Of a stretch of 64,000 nucleotides of DNA, positions 61,235-64,000 are shown in pieces; the first letter of the stretch is position 1, and each line of letters starts with the position of its first letter. The notes under the pieces were generated by a model that saw only the letters and a program-made list of their open reading frames with translations, did no database searches and had not been told where the DNA came from. The stretch lies in the NCBI GenBank assembly GCA_902524595.1, contig CABZDS010000002.1, positions 2,793 to 66,792 of the forward strand, given 5' to 3'. The DNA is from an uncultured Pelagibacteraceae bacterium (GTDB taxonomy: Bacteria; Pseudomonadota; Alphaproteobacteria; Pelagibacterales; Pelagibacteraceae). The position numbers and the translations under genes were made by a program.

Positions 61235-61987
61235 TTATTTAATCATAATTGCAGAAATATTTCTACCATAATCGTTATGCTTATTTTTTTTTGATCTCCT
61301 AGAACTAAAAAAGTTATTTTCTAGAGCGTAGGTATCTTTCCTTATTATATCTATTTTTTTAACTCCATTTTCATAAAATTGAGATTTTATATATTCGCTT
61401 AAATCAAAATAAATTTTTTTCTTTTTAAATTTGAAGAAATTCACATTTTTTTTATTTTTGTCCTTAAACAATTTAAAAAAATCATTTTTTACTTCGTAAC
61501 TGTTTTTTTTTATGCATGGCCCAATGCATGCAATCATATCTTTCTCTGAGCATCCATTTCTTTTTAAAAGTTGAATTGTTTTTTTTACTATTCCCTTAAA
61601 AGCACCTTTCCACCCAGCATGTATCGCACCAACAAATTTTTGCTTTTTTTCTATAATTAGAATTGGTGCACAATCTGCAGTGAGTATACTAATCGCAATG
61701 TTTTGCTTGTTTGTAATTATAGCGTCTCCAGTCAATCTTTTTTTTGGAATACCACTTATTTTATAAACCTTGTTACTGTGAATTTGATTAAGAGAAACTA
61801 GATTTCTACTTGTGCAGCCTATTTTTTTTGAAACTATTTTTAAATTTTTACTTATATTAGCAATTTTATCTTTTGAACCTTTTCCACAATTCAAACTTTT
61901 GTAGATTCCTTTTGAGGTACCACCCAATCTATTAAAAAAATAATGTGAAATGAATTTTTGATCTCTAAAAATTTTTGACTTAATCAC
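61235..61987 (-). CDS. pgeF: PgeF/YfiH family protein
   Basis: QIHS, TADCAPIL, HAGWKG, IGPCI, FFS.RR. Confidence 0.92.
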   Translation of the reverse strand: MIKSKIFRDQKFISHYFFNRLGGTSKGIYKSLNCGKGSKDKIANISKNLKIVSKKIGCTSRNLVSLNQIHSNKVYKISGIPKKRLTGDAIITNKQNIAISILTADCAPILIIEKKQKFVGAIHAGWKGAFKGIVKKTIQLLKRNGCSEKDMIACIGPCIKKNSYEVKNDFFKLFKDKNKKNVNFFKFKKKKIYFDLSEYIKSQFYENGVKKIDIIRKDTYALENNFFSSRRSKKNKHNDYGRNISAIMIK

Positions 61988-63024
61988 TTAAATCCCAAAT
62001 TAAAATTATTTTTGGATTTGCTTACAAATAATACTTTAAACAAAGAGCCCATATATTTTTCATCAATTAATCTTTTTATTCTATAAAATATGTCAGCTTT
62101 CTTACTAAATTGTAAATTTTTACTCATTATCTCAGCTCTTTTTAATATTCCTAATTTAATTAAGAAATTACCTTGGGTTGTTATTAAAGATCTCAAATTA
62201 GAATTTGCAAACTCTTTCTTGTACATTTTAAAATTTATTAAATGAGTGATGTCGGAGTTATAGGGATTTTTTAAAAAACTAATTTTTCTGTGTTTCTCAA
62301 CACTTTGCAAAGTATTTTTCATTTTTCCACTAGTAAAGCCATAGTCTATCATTAATAAACCACCATTATTTTTAAAAATAAAATTCGCTATTTCATTAAC
62401 AAATTTCATTGCCGAAGGTGAATATTCAACAAATTTTTCTTTTTTTATATCCTTACCCAAATATTTCTCAATTATTTTTGATGATACTTTTTGATCACAA
62501 ACTTCAAACTTATTTTTTTTATATACAATATATTTTTCATACCAATTATTGTTTTTTTTTAAAAACTGTTTGATAGGAAATGCATCAAAAAACTCATTAG
62601 CCAAGAATATAGTAGGAGCCTTTGGAATTTCTCTTAAATTTTTAATCCAACTAACTTTTTTCTTATCTATTTTACTCTTTTGTATCTTTATTAGTAATGG
62701 ACTTTTTTCTAAAATTAAGAAATTTGAAGATAAATTAATTTCACTAAAATTTTTTAAAGTTTTTATAATTTGTGACATCATCTCACCGTTGCCTGCACCA
62801 AGTTCTATAATATTTATTTTTTTTGGCTTTTTTAATCTCTCCCAAAATGAAATTAACCAAATAGATATCATTTCTGAAAAAAGAACGGAAATATTGGGAG
62901 ATGTTATGAAGTCACCTTTTTTTCCGAAAGGATTTTTTTTAATATAATAACCATTATCTTTGTCATACAAAGATTTGTAAATAAATCTATCCAATGAGAT
63001 TTTTTTATTGTGTCCTATAAGCAT
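61984..63024 (-). CDS. SAM-dependent methyltransferase, MidA/NDUFAF7 family
   Basis: GDFITSP.IS, ELGAG.G, ANEFFDAFP, IDYG, DIT, MGSLFKV. Confidence 0.92.
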   Translation of the reverse strand: MLIGHNKKISLDRFIYKSLYDKDNGYYIKKNPFGKKGDFITSPNISVLFSEMISIWLISFWERLKKPKKINIIELGAGNGEMMSQIIKTLKNFSEINLSSNFLILEKSPLLIKIQKSKIDKKKVSWIKNLREIPKAPTIFLANEFFDAFPIKQFLKKNNNWYEKYIVYKKNKFEVCDQKVSSKIIEKYLGKDIKKEKFVEYSPSAMKFVNEIANFIFKNNGGLLMIDYGFTSGKMKNTLQSVEKHRKISFLKNPYNSDITHLINFKMYKKEFANSNLRSLITTQGNFLIKLGILKRAEIMSKNLQFSKKADIFYRIKRLIDEKYMGSLFKVLFVSKSKNNFNLGFK

Positions 63025-63781
63025 TTTTATAATAGATGATAATTAATCCACAGGTCAGTGCTATACAACTTATTATTTGCCCCATACTCAAATTGAAAAT
63101 TAAATAACCTAGTTGTTGATCTGGTTCTCTGAAGAACTCGATAACAAATCTAAATAATGAATATAAAATTAAAAAATACCCTGAGATAATACCAGGTGTA
63201 TTCTTTAATCTATTAAATAAAATACTTAAAATAATAAATAGAAGAACTCCTTCAAATATTGCTTCATAAATTTGCGAAGGATGTCGATTTAAATCATCAA
63301 TTTTTATAAACTTTACTGACCATGGTACATTTGTTTCTATGCCATAAAGTTCTGAGTTTATGAAATTTGATATTCTTCCTAAAAAAATTCCCATAGGAGA
63401 GCAAACAGCAACCACATCTAAATAACAAAAAATATTTTGATTTTTATTTTTGCAGAAAAAATAAGTACCAATAATAATTCCAACTAGTGCACCATGAAAA
63501 GACATGCCTCCTTGCCAAATTTTAATAATCTCAACTGGATTACTAATAAAATAAATTGGATCGTAAATAATTACATATCCAAGTCTTCCTCCAAGGATCA
63601 TACTTATGATCAAATAAGTTATATAATCATCAAAATATTCTTTTTGAGTGCTATCTTTAATTAGTTTGTTCTTTGCAAAATACCATCCAAATACCAAGCC
63701 AATAATATAAGACAAGGAATACCATCTAATTTCTAATGAAAAGAACTCAAAAGCGACTGGGTCAAAATTATTAATAAACAT
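63005..63781 (-). CDS. lgt: Prolipoprotein diacylglyceryl transferase
   Basis: IRWYS, GGRLGY, WQGGMSFHG, GRISNFINSE, HPSQIYE, EFFREPD. Confidence 0.97.
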   Translation of the reverse strand: MFINNFDPVAFEFFSLEIRWYSLSYIIGLVFGWYFAKNKLIKDSTQKEYFDDYITYLIISMILGGRLGYVIIYDPIYFISNPVEIIKIWQGGMSFHGALVGIIIGTYFFCKNKNQNIFCYLDVVAVCSPMGIFLGRISNFINSELYGIETNVPWSVKFIKIDDLNRHPSQIYEAIFEGVLLFIILSILFNRLKNTPGIISGYFLILYSLFRFVIEFFREPDQQLGYLIFNLSMGQIISCIALTCGLIIIYYKNAYRTQ

Positions 63782-63829
63782 TTAATTGTAATATTATAAA
63801 TATTACTTAAACTTTGATAAGAAATTATT

Positions 63830-64000
63830 ATGTCAAAATCAAGATTTGTATTTGATAAATTTGCAAAATTTTTGGAAGAAGGACTGGTCAACTACAAAGA
63901 TTTTAGTGATGAAGTCGTAAATATTTTACGATCAAAAAAAGAAGAAATTATCCTTAAAATGAATTTAGTAAGTAAAGATGAAATCGATATATTAAATAAA
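63830..64000 (+). CDS. Probable UbiK/BMFP-family protein (3'-truncated by window edge)
   Basis: MSKSRFVFDKFAKF...KMNLVSKDEIDIL, like the LVSREEFD motif; divergent from lgt as in alphaproteobacteria. Confidence 0.65.
   Translation, partial: MSKSRFVFDKFAKFLEEGLVNYKDFSDEVVNILRSKKEEIILKMNLVSKDEIDILNK

Overview
AT-rich, extremely gene-dense alphaproteobacterial chromosome segment whose gene content and order point to SAR11/Pelagibacterales. The backbone is housekeeping: lspA, pgi, purD, lipid A genes (lpxL/lpxK/waaA/msbA), ubiA, aa3 cytochrome oxidase operon, thrC, Fo ATP synthase followed by crtI-crtB-crtY-blh-ispH-thrB-rnhA, smc, mutY, ccrM, rnhB, tRNA-Gln, cca, greA, hemF, petABC, ychF, pth, rplY, prs, lgt. 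Two accessory blocks stand out. (1) A 4,270-bp element between the convergent peroxiredoxin and rnhA genes. It is bounded by a perfect 17-bp direct repeat (GTTCTGTTGCCAGGTGC, resembling the 3' tail of alphaproteobacterial tmRNA), carries an identical 27-bp tandem arm-type repeat just inside each end, and encodes no integrase. Its cargo is a HelD-like helicase with nuclease-like insert, a membrane-anchored Zn-finger protein, a TerB-like protein, a Zn-ribbon protein and an unannotated 57-aa ORF with a structured leader. It is a candidate non-autonomous, trans-mobilised defence cassette. (2) A peptide/nickel-type ABC importer with a divergent fumarase-superfamily lyase and a DMT transporter. All calls come from reading motifs by eye; no database searches were run.
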